Part shown: positions 39,569 to 49,780 of the stretch, in pieces | Numbering within the stretch: the first letter of the stretch is position 1 | Layout: every line of letters begins with the position of its first letter | Assembly: GCA_963719515.1 (NCBI GenBank) | Contig: CAVRCJ010000003.1 | Span: 384,001-448,000, forward strand | Direction: 5' to 3' | DNA from: an uncultured cyanobacterium | GTDB taxonomy: Bacteria > Cyanobacteriota > Cyanobacteriia > CAKZMO01 | Length of the DNA stretch: 64,000 nt | The notes under the pieces: model-generated | The model's database searches: none | What the model saw: only the letters and a program-made list of their open reading frames with translations | Told to the model about the DNA's origin: nothing | Translations under genes and position numbers: made by a program

Positions 39569-41662
39569 ATGGGGCAGGCGGCGTTACAGAACCAGGTGGC
39601 GACCAGAGCAAACCCGGCTAATGTGGGTACATGCTCAAAGGACCGTCAGCCGCCCCCCCCGGAGATGGTGATTCAGCTCCAGCTAGAGAGTCCGGCGGCG
39701 CTAGGACAGCGGGTGAAAGGCGCTCGCGAGACGGTGCCGTCCGTCGCGGCGGAGAGGCCCGCAACGTCTGCTTCAATCCCTTTGACCGCAATCGTCGACC
39801 AGGTCGTCACCTCAGCAGACCTAGATCGGCTTATTGCCCACCTGCAGCGCAGTCCGGCAGTAATTCAGGCCATCACCCAGCAGCTGTTTCAGCGTCTCGC
39901 CGAGGCCTACCGTGAGCAGGTGGCGATCGCCATCGCAGAGGCAGGGCTCGGCGCCGTTGACCTCGCCCAGCCCCACTTCCGCCTGCAGCCCGGCCAGCAG
40001 CTAGATATCGTTATCGACGACGACGTCCAGCGCTATCTCGTGCAGTCTTTACCTCCCTTCTTCGAGCATCCCCGATTTCGTCGCCCCTTTAGCCGCTTCA
40101 TCGGCACGCACCTAGTAACCTGGGCCATTGACGACCTAGGGCTTTCCCCCTTTGACGCAGGCGCGTCGTCTGCCGTCATCCAGGGCCACCTCCGCCAAAA
40201 TATCGATCGTCTCGCTGAAAAGATTGACCTACTGGGCAAGATCTACAGCCTCGACATCACCCAAATGATCGTCGACAGCCTAGATTTGCCTAACTGCTCG
40301 CCCGCCCACCTAGAGACCCTGATGGGGCTGCGATCGCGCCCCGAGATGACGGTGGACGACCTGCTGGAGATGCCCAGAATTGCCCCCATGCCCACTTCGA
40401 TTCCCATCGCCAGCAGCATTCGCGCCCAGCTGCGCCCCGACCTCTGGCAGCGGGACAGCGACCTAGCGGTATTTCAGTACCGCAGCAAGTCCAATCCCGC
40501 CAACACCATCGAGCATTACATCACCGATCCGGGCGACATCGCCCTGCTGCCCTGGGAGGCGGCGGAGCAAATCATCAACAAGTTTGGCTTCGACACCGTC
40601 AAGCTGCAGATGATTTTCGCCGCCCGCGCCATGGACCAAGACGAACCCTGGAACAGCACCTTTCGCCTGCGGGCCACCGACATCGTGCAGCTGTTGGGCT
40701 GGGACCGCAACCACAACACCAGCCTCCCTGAAAAGCGCAACACCATCGCCAGCGCCGCCCACGCCTTGTCCTGCCTGCTGGTGAAGTCGGTGTGGATCGA
40801 GGGGCGGGGCAAGCGCAAGGTGGACGCCAGCACCCCAGTGGGCCGCATGTGGGACGTGCTGGTGGACCCCCACGGGCAAATCGACTGGGTCACCGGTAAA
40901 ATTGAGCGGCCAGATGAGGTGTACATCACCGTCACGCCGGGACTATGGACAAAGCATTTTCTCAATCGAGCCGGCCAGAAGGCCAAAGCCGCCCTGCACC
41001 AGTTTGGCTATCTGGCCCGCGACATTCTGCAAATCGACCCCTACCACCACGAAATGGCGCTGCGGCTGGCCATTCAGCTGACCCTAGACGCGCGGGTGAG
41101 AGTCCATAACCAGCACCCTTACGAGTATCAGGTGCTGAACTTGCTCAAAGAGGTGATGCCCCCCGCCGAAATTAGCCGAGCGCTCGACGATAAATACAAG
41201 GCCCGCGACCTGAAGAACCGCTGGAACCGCGCCCTGACGCTGTTAGTCAGCTTGGGCTGGCAAATCGAGTATGATGCGCCCTCCTACCCTGAGTGGCTGC
41301 AGCCTAACAGCAAAGCCCCCCGCCCCACCGACTGGCGGCGCATCAAGATTATTGAGCGGCTGCTGCAGGCCCGTCTAGTCATCCGGCCTCCCCAGCCTAT
41401 TCCCCAGCTGCTAGCTCAAGTCAAATCACCCCAGCAGTTCAGCTCCAAAAAGCGATCGCGCCCGGCCCAGCCCGCACTACCGGCCCGAGAAATCACCGGG
41501 GATGAGGTGCGGGAAGGGCGTCAGGGCCGGGGCTGGAGCCGTAAGGAGCTAGGGGGCTTTTTGGGGGTGAGCGCTGACTATGTGGGCAAGCTGGAGCGGG
41601 GCGATCGCATTATTACGCCACCGCTGCAAAAGCGGCTGCAGAAGCTGCTCAGCCTACCCTAA
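39569..41662 (+). CDS. Large cyanobacterial protein with C-terminal XRE-type HTH
   Basis: 697-aa ORF ending in GDEVREGRQGRGWSRKELGGFLGVSADYVGKLERG (Cro/CI-type HTH). Confidence 0.8.
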   Translation: MGQAALQNQVATRANPANVGTCSKDRQPPPPEMVIQLQLESPAALGQRVKGARETVPSVAAERPATSASIPLTAIVDQVVTSADLDRLIAHLQRSPAVIQAITQQLFQRLAEAYREQVAIAIAEAGLGAVDLAQPHFRLQPGQQLDIVIDDDVQRYLVQSLPPFFEHPRFRRPFSRFIGTHLVTWAIDDLGLSPFDAGASSAVIQGHLRQNIDRLAEKIDLLGKIYSLDITQMIVDSLDLPNCSPAHLETLMGLRSRPEMTVDDLLEMPRIAPMPTSIPIASSIRAQLRPDLWQRDSDLAVFQYRSKSNPANTIEHYITDPGDIALLPWEAAEQIINKFGFDTVKLQMIFAARAMDQDEPWNSTFRLRATDIVQLLGWDRNHNTSLPEKRNTIASAAHALSCLLVKSVWIEGRGKRKVDASTPVGRMWDVLVDPHGQIDWVTGKIERPDEVYITVTPGLWTKHFLNRAGQKAKAALHQFGYLARDILQIDPYHHEMALRLAIQLTLDARVRVHNQHPYEYQVLNLLKEVMPPAEISRALDDKYKARDLKNRWNRALTLLVSLGWQIEYDAPSYPEWLQPNSKAPRPTDWRRIKIIERLLQARLVIRPPQPIPQLLAQVKSPQQFSSKKRSRPAQPALPAREITGDEVREGRQGRGWSRKELGGFLGVSADYVGKLERGDRIITPPLQKRLQKLLSLP

Positions 41663-41786
41663 AGGTTGACGCTAGGTTTACCCGCAGCGTGCTCGCCTTC
41701 ATCTTTTTGATGGGGACAAGAGTCAGGCCGCGTGAATAAAGCTGTAGTCCCCACAGCCTGACTCTCAGAGCAGCTTTTTCACGCCC

Positions 41787-43486
41787 ATGATTATCTACGG
41801 CACCCCGGACCGCGATCGCATCGTTGGCACCGCTTCAGCAGACGAACTCTACGGCATGGGGGGGGACGACGTTATCGAAGCTCTAGGTGGCGGCGACGTG
41901 GTCTACAGCGGCGAGGGCTCCGATAGCGCTAGCGGCGGCGACGGCGACGATACGATATTTGGCGAGGCCGGGGATGACGTATTAGACGGCGGTGCAGGCA
42001 ACGACAGCCTCCACGGCAGCGTCGGAGATGACCTGCTGCGCGGGGGCGCGGGGCAAGACCGCCTATTTGGTGAGGCGGGCCGCGATCGCCTTGAGGGCGG
42101 TGAGGGCAACGATGAGCTTTTGGGCGGTACGGAGGACGATACGCTGGCGGGCGACAGCGGCGACGACCAGCTGAACGGCGATGGCGGGGACGATACGCTG
42201 ACAGGAGACGACGGCAACGATGCGCTCAGCGGTGGTGAAGGGCAACGACGCACTGAGCGGCGGCGAGGGTGACGACGAGCTGCAGGGCGAGGCCGGCAGA
42301 CGACGCGCTCAGCGGCGACGGTGGGCGACGACCTGCTGTTTGGTGGCGAGGGCCACGACACTCTTCAAGGCGGAACCGGTAGCGATCGCCTATTCGGGGA
42401 GGCAGGTTTCTGATGTGCTGTCGGGGGGTGCTGGGGACGACCTAGCTCTACGGCGGCGACGGCGACGACCAGCTGCAGGGCGATGCTGGGAGCGATGTCC
42501 TATTTGCCGAAGGGGGCAACGACAGCCTAGCGGGCGGTGAGGACAATGATGCGCTCTACGGCGGCGAGGGCCGCGACAGGATAGCGGGGGACGGGGGCAG
42601 CGATCGCCTATTTGGGGAAGCCGGGGACGATGAGCTCGCAGGTGGTGCGGGCAGCGATGCTCTGTATGGCGGCGAAGGCAACGATGCCTTAGACGGCGGC
42701 AGCGGCGACGACACGCTGTATGGGGAGGCCGGGAACGATGAGCTCGCGGGTGGTGCGGGCAACGACGCCCTCTACGGCGGCACTGGATCAAACCGGCTCA
42801 GGGGTGGGGACGGCGACGATACCTACTGGGTAGGCTACGGGAATGACGTGATTTTGGAAGCGGCGGGCGAGGGGCGAGACGTGGTGATTAGCCCCACGAG
42901 CTGGCAGCTGGCTGAGCAGGTAGAGACCTTGGTTTTGACCACCGACCAAGCGGCTAACGGCGTTGGCAATGCCCTCAACAATGTGCTTGTCGGCGGCGAG
43001 GGCCGCAACGTGCTGCGCGGGAAAGCGGGCCGCGATCGCCTGGTGGGCAATGGGGGACGCGATACCCTGCACGGCGGTTCAGGACACGATCGCCTCGCTG
43101 GCGGGGCGGGCGCTGATACGTTGATTGGCGGTGGGGGGAGCGATCGCTTTTTGTTCAAGGGGGACGGGCCTTTTCGCCGTAAGGCTTTTGGCGTAGATCG
43201 AATTGAGGGGTTCTCTCGTCGCCAGGACCAGATCGTCTTGGACCGCGACGTCTTCACTGAGCTAGAGAGCCACCGCGGTCGTGGGTTTAGCGACGCCGCT
43301 GACTTTGCCATTGTGCGCGGCAGCCGAAATGCCGCTAGCAGCGACGCCGCCATTGTGTATGACGAGGGCAACGGCAACCTGTTCTATAACGCGAATGGCG
43401 CTAGGGCAGGGTTTGGCGGCGGGGGCCGCTTTGCCGCTGTGGCGGGGGCCCCTGCCGTGAGCGAGCAAAATTTTGTTGTTGGCTAG
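41787..43486 (+). CDS. RTX/hemolysin-type calcium-binding exoprotein (multiple indels at 42230-42800)
   Basis: GGxGxDxLx nonapeptides continue across shifting frames. C-terminal T1SS-type tail (IVYDEGNGNLFYNANG...FVVG). Confidence 0.8.
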
Positions 43487-43572
43487 GCAGCGAGCAGTAT
43501 GCAGAGCGCACTTCGCAGTAGAGAGAGCACCAGAAGAATCGCGCTTTCAGCCAGGGCTAAAGTCGTGAACAA

Positions 43573-43613
43573 CCTATAGCAAATGTCTCAAGCATTAAGA
43601 CATTTGCTATAGG
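43573..43613. repeat. Perfect 16-bp inverted repeat related to the left end of the 106-bp MITE
   Basis: CCTATAGCAAATGTCT-N9-AGACATTTGCTATAGG between convergent genes. Confidence 0.7.
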
Positions 43614-43660
43614 CCTTTAGAAGCAGATCTAAACTGCTGGCCAAGTCGAGGTTTCTCAAC

Positions 43661-43694
43661 AAGAAATGCCCGCAGGCCATATGCTGCGGGCATT
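43661..43694 (-). terminator. Probable intrinsic terminator of the DUF4394 gene
   Basis: 11-bp stem AATGCCCGCAG/CTGCGGGCATT followed by a short T-rich run on the minus strand. Confidence 0.55.
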
Positions 43695-43730
43695 GTAGGC
43701 TAACCCTGAATGCGTCAGAGACTAGGGCCG

Positions 43731-46700
43731 TTAAGCCGCAATGGTGTTGAAGTCCCCGGCGGTCAAACTCGTGTTGTTGATCACCACCGCCAGCGTCTCA
43801 TCACCAAAGACGATTTCAGTGTTGCGGCCGCTGACGTTGAGGCCAAGCTGAGCGAAGCTGATGTCTTCCAGCAGGAAGCGATCGTTGCCCTGAGCGTCAA
43901 AGCGGAAGACCGTATCGGTTCCATCGCCGGCCCTAAGCACAACACGGTCATTGTCAGCACCCGTGCGGATGATGTCATTAGCTACGCCGCCATCGAGGCG
44001 ATCGTTGCCCGCACCTGCCCGGAGCGTGTCGCGGCCCACGCCGCCAAACAGACGATCATTGCCCTGACCGCCAAGCAGCAGGTCGCTGCCCGCGCTGCCG
44101 CGTAGGACATCGTTCCCCTTACCCCCTCGAAGGATATCGTCGTTGGCGCCGCCGTTGAGGCGATCGTTTCCTTTGCCGCCAACTAGGATGTCGTCGCCCA
44201 GGTTGCCGCGCAGGACGTCACGGCCCCCGTTGCCGCGCAGATTATCGTTCCCATCGCGACCAATCACGCGATCGCTGCCGGCGAGCCCGCGCAGGACGTC
44301 ATCGCCGTCGCCACCGTTGAGGGTATCGTCACCGCGACCGCCAAAGATGCTGTCGTTGCCCCCTAGGCCGAAGATGACGTCGTCGCCGTTGTTGCCCCGC
44401 AGCGTATCGTCGCCCTCGGTGCCGAAGATGGTATCGTCGCCCAAAGTGCCCATCCCTGTACCAGCGACAGGGGCAGCCGTAGACGTCAGACCGATTACGT
44501 CTATTCCGTCAATGCCGCCAATCATGCCCAGGCTGTTTGCCACGCCCGTATCCAAGTTGATGGAATAGAGCGTCGAGTTCGATACGGCGAAACCCGTATT
44601 ATTCCCCTCTCCAGCAGTGACAATGTCAAAACCCCCCAGGTCATCAAAGTCGATGCCCAGGCCACCTACGGTGACGAGCGTACCGTCGTTGGGCGGGTTT
44701 TGCTCTAGCAGCACATCTAGCTCAGAGTCGATGTCATACAACTCCGTGGTGCTGGGGTTAGCGATCGCGTTGGTGTAGGCCGCTGCCGTAACGGTGGGGT
44801 CTGTGCCCTGGTTAGCGTCACCCGGCGCGAAAGCCAGGTCGCCATCGACGGTGACCTCGCCCGTATCGACGTTGATGCGGAAATCCTGGTCGTTCGCGCC
44901 CACCAACCGCAGTCGGTCTGCCACCGGGTTGAAGTCAAAGCCGGATACGGTGCCGCCGTTGAAGGGGGTATCCAGCGTGCTGATGAAGGTGGCCGCGCCG
45001 GTGGTAATGTCGATGGTGTAAACATCGTTAGTGGTGCTGATGCCGTAGACCAGTCCGTTAGACGGGCGGGTATCGATGCCAATCAGGGTACCGTTGACGC
45101 CGGTGACGGCGGTGGTCACCGAGCTGCCAACGCGGTTGGCGGCGAAGGTCACCAGCGTGTTGTTTTCCGCCAGCGCCGTGAACTGAGTGTTCAGGTTCAG
45201 CACGGGCGCATCCGGCAGGGCGGTAAACCCAGCTAGATTTGTGCTAGATCCATCGCCGATCTGACCTTGGGCAGTGGCGGCGCCGGTCTGCAGGTCAACC
45301 GAGTAAAGGGTGGAATTGGAGACCGCAAAAGCGGCGTTGTTCCCCTCCGCTGCGGTGACGATGTCAAAGCCGCTGAGGGTGTCAAAGTCTACGCCCAGGC
45401 TCCCTACCGTCAGCAGCGTTCCGTCGTTGGGAGGGCTTTGCAGCAGCAGCGTATCGAGATCTGAGTCGATGTCGTAGAGCTGAGTCGTGGTCGGGTCGGC
45501 GATCGCGTTGGTGTAAGCCGCCGCTGTAACCGTAGGATCGGTCCCTTGGTTGGCGTCGCCCGCAGCAAAGGCCAGGTCACCATCGACGGTCACCGCGCCG
45601 GTGTCCACATTGATGCGGAAGTCTTGGTCATTCGCACCTACCAGCCGCAGCCGGTCTGCTACCGGGTTAAAGTCAAAGCCGGAAGCGGTGTCACCCTGAA
45701 AAGGCTGGGACAGCGTGCTGATGAACGTCGCAACGCCGCTGGTGGGGTCAATGATATAAATGCTGCTGTTGGTGGTAATGCCGTACACCAGGCCGTTGGC
45801 AGGACGAACGTCAATCCCCAGCAAGTCTCCGTCTAAACCCGTTACCGATGTCGAGGTTACGTCGTCAGCGCTATCGCCATCGAATACCTGCAGCACGTTG
45901 TCATCGGTCAGCGCCACGAAGCGAGTTCCGGCTGCTGTGGGAGGAACCAAAGTGCCCACCGTAGAGGTCAGACCGAGGATATCTAGGCCGCCGGCTGACC
46001 CGATTGCGCCGATGCTGGTAGCGGCCCCAGTCTCAAGGTCAATCGAATACAGCGTTGAGTCGGAGACCGCAAAAGCCGTGTTGTTGCCTTCAGCCGCTGA
46101 CACAATATCGAAGCCGCCGACGGTGTCGAAGTCTATGCCCAAATCGCCGAGGGTGATCAGCGTCCCGTCGTTGGGTGGGTTCTGCAGCAGCAGCGCGTCG
46201 AGCTGAGCGTCGATATCGTAGAGCTGGGTGGTGGAAGGGTCGGCGATCGCGTTGGTATAAGCAGCTGCTGTGACGTTGGGGTCTGCGCCCTGGTTAGCGT
46301 CACCTAGGGCAAACGCTAAGTTGCCGTCGACAGTCACTTCTCCGGTGTCGACATTGATGCGGAAGTCCTGGTCATTCGCGCCCACGAGCCGCAGTCGGTC
46401 GGCCACAGGGTTGAAGTCGAAGCCAGAGATTGTGCCCCCCAAGAAAGGCTGGTCTAGGGTGCTGACAAAGGTGGCGGCCCCTGAAGTGGTGTCGATGGTG
46501 TAGAGGCTGTTTGCATCGGTGATGCCATAGACCAATCCGTTGGACGGACGGGTATCGATGCCCAGCAGAGTACCGTTGAGGCCAGTCACGGCGGTAACCG
46601 TCGCAGCCTCGGGGGTAATGGATGAGAAAGAAATCAGGGTATTATTGCTGGCCAGAGCGGTGAACTGAGCGCTGATTGGCGCATTTGCTGCTGCCTGAAT

Positions 46701-47414
46701 CGTACCAGCCGCAACGGGGGCCGTGATGCGAAAGGATTCGCCATTGCCTAGATCTACTCCCGGAGGTGCACTGCCCATGGCCGAAGCGTCAATCGCGTTT
46801 GAGATTTCGGTTGGAATCGTCAAGCCGTGAATGACAATTTCGCGGGCGTCTAGCGGCATCAGATTGTTAAACTGGCGCGCTTGGTCAGGGTCAGTGAGGT
46901 CGAAGGTGTAGGTGGTGTCGAGAACGAACTCAGTGCCAGAGGGAAACAGCTCGGCGGGATTGATCTCGCCAGCGGTCGCTAGATTGAGAAAATTAGCTAG
47001 GGGAGGCACCCCCTCAGGCGCTGCGGGGAGCTGCTCGGAGGTAAGATTGAGCACCACTGGGCCGTAGTTGGGACGACCTTCCAGGAAATTCACAAAGCCG
47101 TCGCCATCGACATCGCTGTCGGCGAGGGTCGGCAAAATTGAGTTGGCTGGAATCCCCCCGGTGCCGTCGAAGAAGGTGCCGTCGCCTTGGTTTAGGATTG
47201 GGCGGCTGGCGTTGCCTTCAAATTGACCGTGAATGTGGGCGACGTGGATGCCACCGATGCCGGTGAGATCTTCTAAACCACTGACATCAATCTGCACTCG
47301 AACCGTGCGTGTTGTTGCGGTAGGAGATTCTAGGGTCACGGTAGCTGCGCCTGAGGCGGCTGAGCCAAAGGGATCAGCGGCGTTGAGGACGCGAACGTCT
47401 GAGGTGAATTTCAT
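43731..47414 (-). CDS. Secreted protein: N-terminal His-motif (CHRD-like) domain, three DUF4394-like domains, RTX Ca-binding tail
   Basis: HVAHIHG motif. Three copies of GFDFNPVADRLRLVGANDQDFRINVDTG...QNPPNDGTL. C-terminal GGxGxD repeats. Confidence 0.85.
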   Translation of the reverse strand: MKFTSDVRVLNAADPFGSAASGAATVTLESPTATTRTVRVQIDVSGLEDLTGIGGIHVAHIHGQFEGNASRPILNQGDGTFFDGTGGIPANSILPTLADSDVDGDGFVNFLEGRPNYGPVVLNLTSEQLPAAPEGVPPLANFLNLATAGEINPAELFPSGTEFVLDTTYTFDLTDPDQARQFNNLMPLDAREIVIHGLTIPTEISNAIDASAMGSAPPGVDLGNGESFRITAPVAAGTIQAAANAPISAQFTALASNNTLISFSSITPEAATVTAVTGLNGTLLGIDTRPSNGLVYGITDANSLYTIDTTSGAATFVSTLDQPFLGGTISGFDFNPVADRLRLVGANDQDFRINVDTGEVTVDGNLAFALGDANQGADPNVTAAAYTNAIADPSTTQLYDIDAQLDALLLQNPPNDGTLITLGDLGIDFDTVGGFDIVSAAEGNNTAFAVSDSTLYSIDLETGAATSIGAIGSAGGLDILGLTSTVGTLVPPTAAGTRFVALTDDNVLQVFDGDSADDVTSTSVTGLDGDLLGIDVRPANGLVYGITTNSSIYIIDPTSGVATFISTLSQPFQGDTASGFDFNPVADRLRLVGANDQDFRINVDTGAVTVDGDLAFAAGDANQGTDPTVTAAAYTNAIADPTTTQLYDIDSDLDTLLLQSPPNDGTLLTVGSLGVDFDTLSGFDIVTAAEGNNAAFAVSNSTLYSVDLQTGAATAQGQIGDGSSTNLAGFTALPDAPVLNLNTQFTALAENNTLVTFAANRVGSSVTTAVTGVNGTLIGIDTRPSNGLVYGISTTNDVYTIDITTGAATFISTLDTPFNGGTVSGFDFNPVADRLRLVGANDQDFRINVDTGEVTVDGDLAFAPGDANQGTDPTVTAAAYTNAIANPSTTELYDIDSELDVLLEQNPPNDGTLVTVGGLGIDFDDLGGFDIVTAGEGNNTGFAVSNSTLYSINLDTGVANSLGMIGGIDGIDVIGLTSTAAPVAGTGMGTLGDDTIFGTEGDDTLRGNNGDDVIFGLGGNDSIFGGRGDDTLNGGDGDDVLRGLAGSDRVIGRDGNDNLRGNGGRDVLRGNLGDDILVGGKGNDRLNGGANDDILRGGKGNDVLRGSAGSDLLLGGQGNDRLFGGVGRDTLRAGAGNDRLDGGVANDIIRTGADNDRVVLRAGDGTDTVFRFDAQGNDRFLLEDISFAQLGLNVSGRNTEIVFGDETLAVVINNTSLTAGDFNTIAA

Positions 47415-47887
47415 GGTTTTGTATCATTGATGACAAGACTACACTTAGTACGAGGGCTGTCAGTACTTGGATCTATCCCTGAGGACATAGATTGAGGTCT
47501 GACCTGGGTGAGTTCACGATGTGCCAATTCTCTGTAACGTTGTCAGTACCAAGGCTTTCGCCTAAAAATATGCCTGAATGTATTGAGTTAATAAGTTTCA
47601 ATAAAGACGTTTCGACGCTGCTCTGTTTGGCCTGTCATCAGACCTTCATAGGCTCCAAAAAGCGGTGCGACCGATGGGAATTTGAAACAGCGGCGGTAGA
47701 TCCGCCGGCTAGGTGGGTTCCGGCCCAAAGCCCCGCTCTGAGTTCAGCAGCCCGCTGCGCTGAAGCCGGCGGAAATTAGACGACCAGATTGCTGTTGGCC
47801 CAGGTTGCGCTAGGTGGGGGAATTGACCCCTTGCTATCCGCAAGGCATTATTCCGTAATAGAGGAAAGCCTTTCACCTGCCGGAACC

Positions 47888-49780
47888 ATGACCACCCCCA
47901 TCGAAGCCGAGCTGCCCCGCGCTCTTGCCCAGGCTAGCCTCACTCCCCGAGGCCGCATTCACCCCAGCCCCGCCACTTGGCGCGACCAGGTGCTCTACTT
48001 CCTGCTGCCCGATCGCTTCAGCGACGGTAAAGAAGGCGATCGCACCCTCTACAGCCCGCAGGCCCAAAATTCAAAGTGTGATGCACCCGCTGACTGGGCC
48101 GCCTCAGGCAAGATCTTTCAGGGGGGCACCCTCAACGGTATCCGCAGCAAGCTCGACTACCTACAAACCCTGGGGGTGACGACCCTGTGGATTGGCCCAA
48201 TTTGGCGGCAGCGGCGCGACAGCCAGACGTCTTACCACGGCTACGGCATCCAAAACTTCTTAGATGTCGACCCCCGCTTTGGCACCCGGCAGGACCTGCG
48301 CGACCTGGTGGACGCCGCCCACGATCGCGGCATGTATGTGCTGCTGGATATTATCTATAACCACAGCGGCAACAACTTCTTTTACGAGCAGGGCGGTGAG
48401 CCCAAAGAGACGCTGGACTACCGCGCTGGGGAGCCCTACCCCGTCTACGGCTGGCGGTCTAAAACGGGGGAGCCACTGCCGTCTAAGCCCCAGGACATTG
48501 ACGATGGGGTCTGGCCGCGCGAGTTTCAAAATCTTGACTGGTACACCCGCGCCGGAAAAATCATTAACTGGGATGTGGAGGTTTGGGAAGACCCCATGCA
48601 CCCCAGCGTTGAGTTTCGTCGGGGTGACTTCTTTGAGCTTAAGGACATCGACCTGACGCAGGAAGACGCCCTCAACGCCCTGATTCAGGTCTATCAATAT
48701 TGGATTGCCCTCAGCGACTGCGACGGCTTTCGCATCGACACGGTGAAGCACCTGCCGTGGGAAGCCTCCCGCAACTTTTGCGGCGGCATCTCCGAGTTTG
48801 CGGAATCCATTGGCAAAGAGAACTTTTTGCTGCTGGGGGAGGTGACCGGCGGCGCGCAGATTGCCCGCAGCTATATCGAGATTTTTGGCCGCAACCTCGA
48901 CGCAGTGCTGGATATCGGTGAGCCGACGCTGCGGCTGGCTAACTTCGTTAAAGGCCAAATTCCGGCCAAGGAGTTCTTCGCGCAGTTTGGCGGCCACGAT
49001 GAGCTGGGCAACCACCGCCAGCTGGGGCGCTACCACGTCTCCATTCTTGATGACCACGATATGGTGGGGCGGCCCCGCAAGGCCCGCTTTGCCGCCGACA
49101 ACCCCATCGACACCCTCCCGCAGCAGGCCGCCCACGCCGTCGGCGTGATGCTGATGACGCTCGGCATTCCCTGCATTTACTACGGCACTGAGCAGGGGTT
49201 TGACGGTTCAGATCGCCTCAGCGTTCAGCAGGCGGCGGACGATGAATACTACGAAGACCGCTACGTGCGCGAGTCCATGTTTGGCGGCACCGCCTACGGC
49301 GATCGCGTCCCCTTTGGCGCGTTTCAAACCTCGGGCTACCATTTCTTCAACCCCAACCATCCCACCTACCGCCACATTGCGGCGCTCGCCCAAATCCGTA
49401 ACGCTGACGACGCGGTGGGGCTAGCCCTGCGGCGGGGGCGGCAATACCTGCGGACCATTCGCACCGATGCCGATGGGGCTTTCCGAGACTCTGAGGCGGG
49501 GGCGATCGCGGCCTGGTCTCGGCTGCTGTTTCGGCAGGAGGTGCTGGTGGTGTTTAATACCCACGCTACCGAAGCGCGGCAGGCGGATGTGATGGTGGAT
49601 TTCACGATGACGCCCCCCGGCTCTCGGTTAACCTATCGCTATCGCAGTGATGCGCTGGAGGCTGGTGCGCCGGGGCAGGCTAATGCGCAGCCCGATGGGG
49701 TGACGGTGCAAGAAGTAGACGGGACGGCGTTTGTGTCGGTGGCGCTGCCGGCGGCGGGGATGGCGATTTTGGCGTTGTGA
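47888..49780 (+). CDS. Alpha-amylase family (GH13) glycoside hydrolase
   Basis: YFLLPDRF, YHGYG, DIIYNH, DGFRIDTVKH, LLGEV, LDDHD and YYGTEQ. ATG at 47888 preferred. Confidence 0.92.
   Translation: MTTPIEAELPRALAQASLTPRGRIHPSPATWRDQVLYFLLPDRFSDGKEGDRTLYSPQAQNSKCDAPADWAASGKIFQGGTLNGIRSKLDYLQTLGVTTLWIGPIWRQRRDSQTSYHGYGIQNFLDVDPRFGTRQDLRDLVDAAHDRGMYVLLDIIYNHSGNNFFYEQGGEPKETLDYRAGEPYPVYGWRSKTGEPLPSKPQDIDDGVWPREFQNLDWYTRAGKIINWDVEVWEDPMHPSVEFRRGDFFELKDIDLTQEDALNALIQVYQYWIALSDCDGFRIDTVKHLPWEASRNFCGGISEFAESIGKENFLLLGEVTGGAQIARSYIEIFGRNLDAVLDIGEPTLRLANFVKGQIPAKEFFAQFGGHDELGNHRQLGRYHVSILDDHDMVGRPRKARFAADNPIDTLPQQAAHAVGVMLMTLGIPCIYYGTEQGFDGSDRLSVQQAADDEYYEDRYVRESMFGGTAYGDRVPFGAFQTSGYHFFNPNHPTYRHIAALAQIRNADDAVGLALRRGRQYLRTIRTDADGAFRDSEAGAIAAWSRLLFRQEVLVVFNTHATEARQADVMVDFTMTPPGSRLTYRYRSDALEAGAPGQANAQPDGVTVQEVDGTAFVSVALPAAGMAILAL

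Noticed and set aside
41787..43486. Treating the RTX region as several separate small genes or a DGR-like variable repeat
   Set aside because: The nonapeptide pattern runs continuously across frames, and there is no reverse transcriptase or adenine-specific variation.
47674..47745. Cobalamin riboswitch (GGGAA followed by a hairpin and CCCCGC)
   Set aside because: Lacks the ACTGT/GCCACTG and B12-box elements, and the downstream gene is unrelated to B12.
48260..49135. 291-aa antisense ORF and many similar shadow ORFs in the track
   Set aside because: They lie opposite or out of frame to well-supported genes, are expected in GC-rich coding DNA, and show no recognisable motifs.
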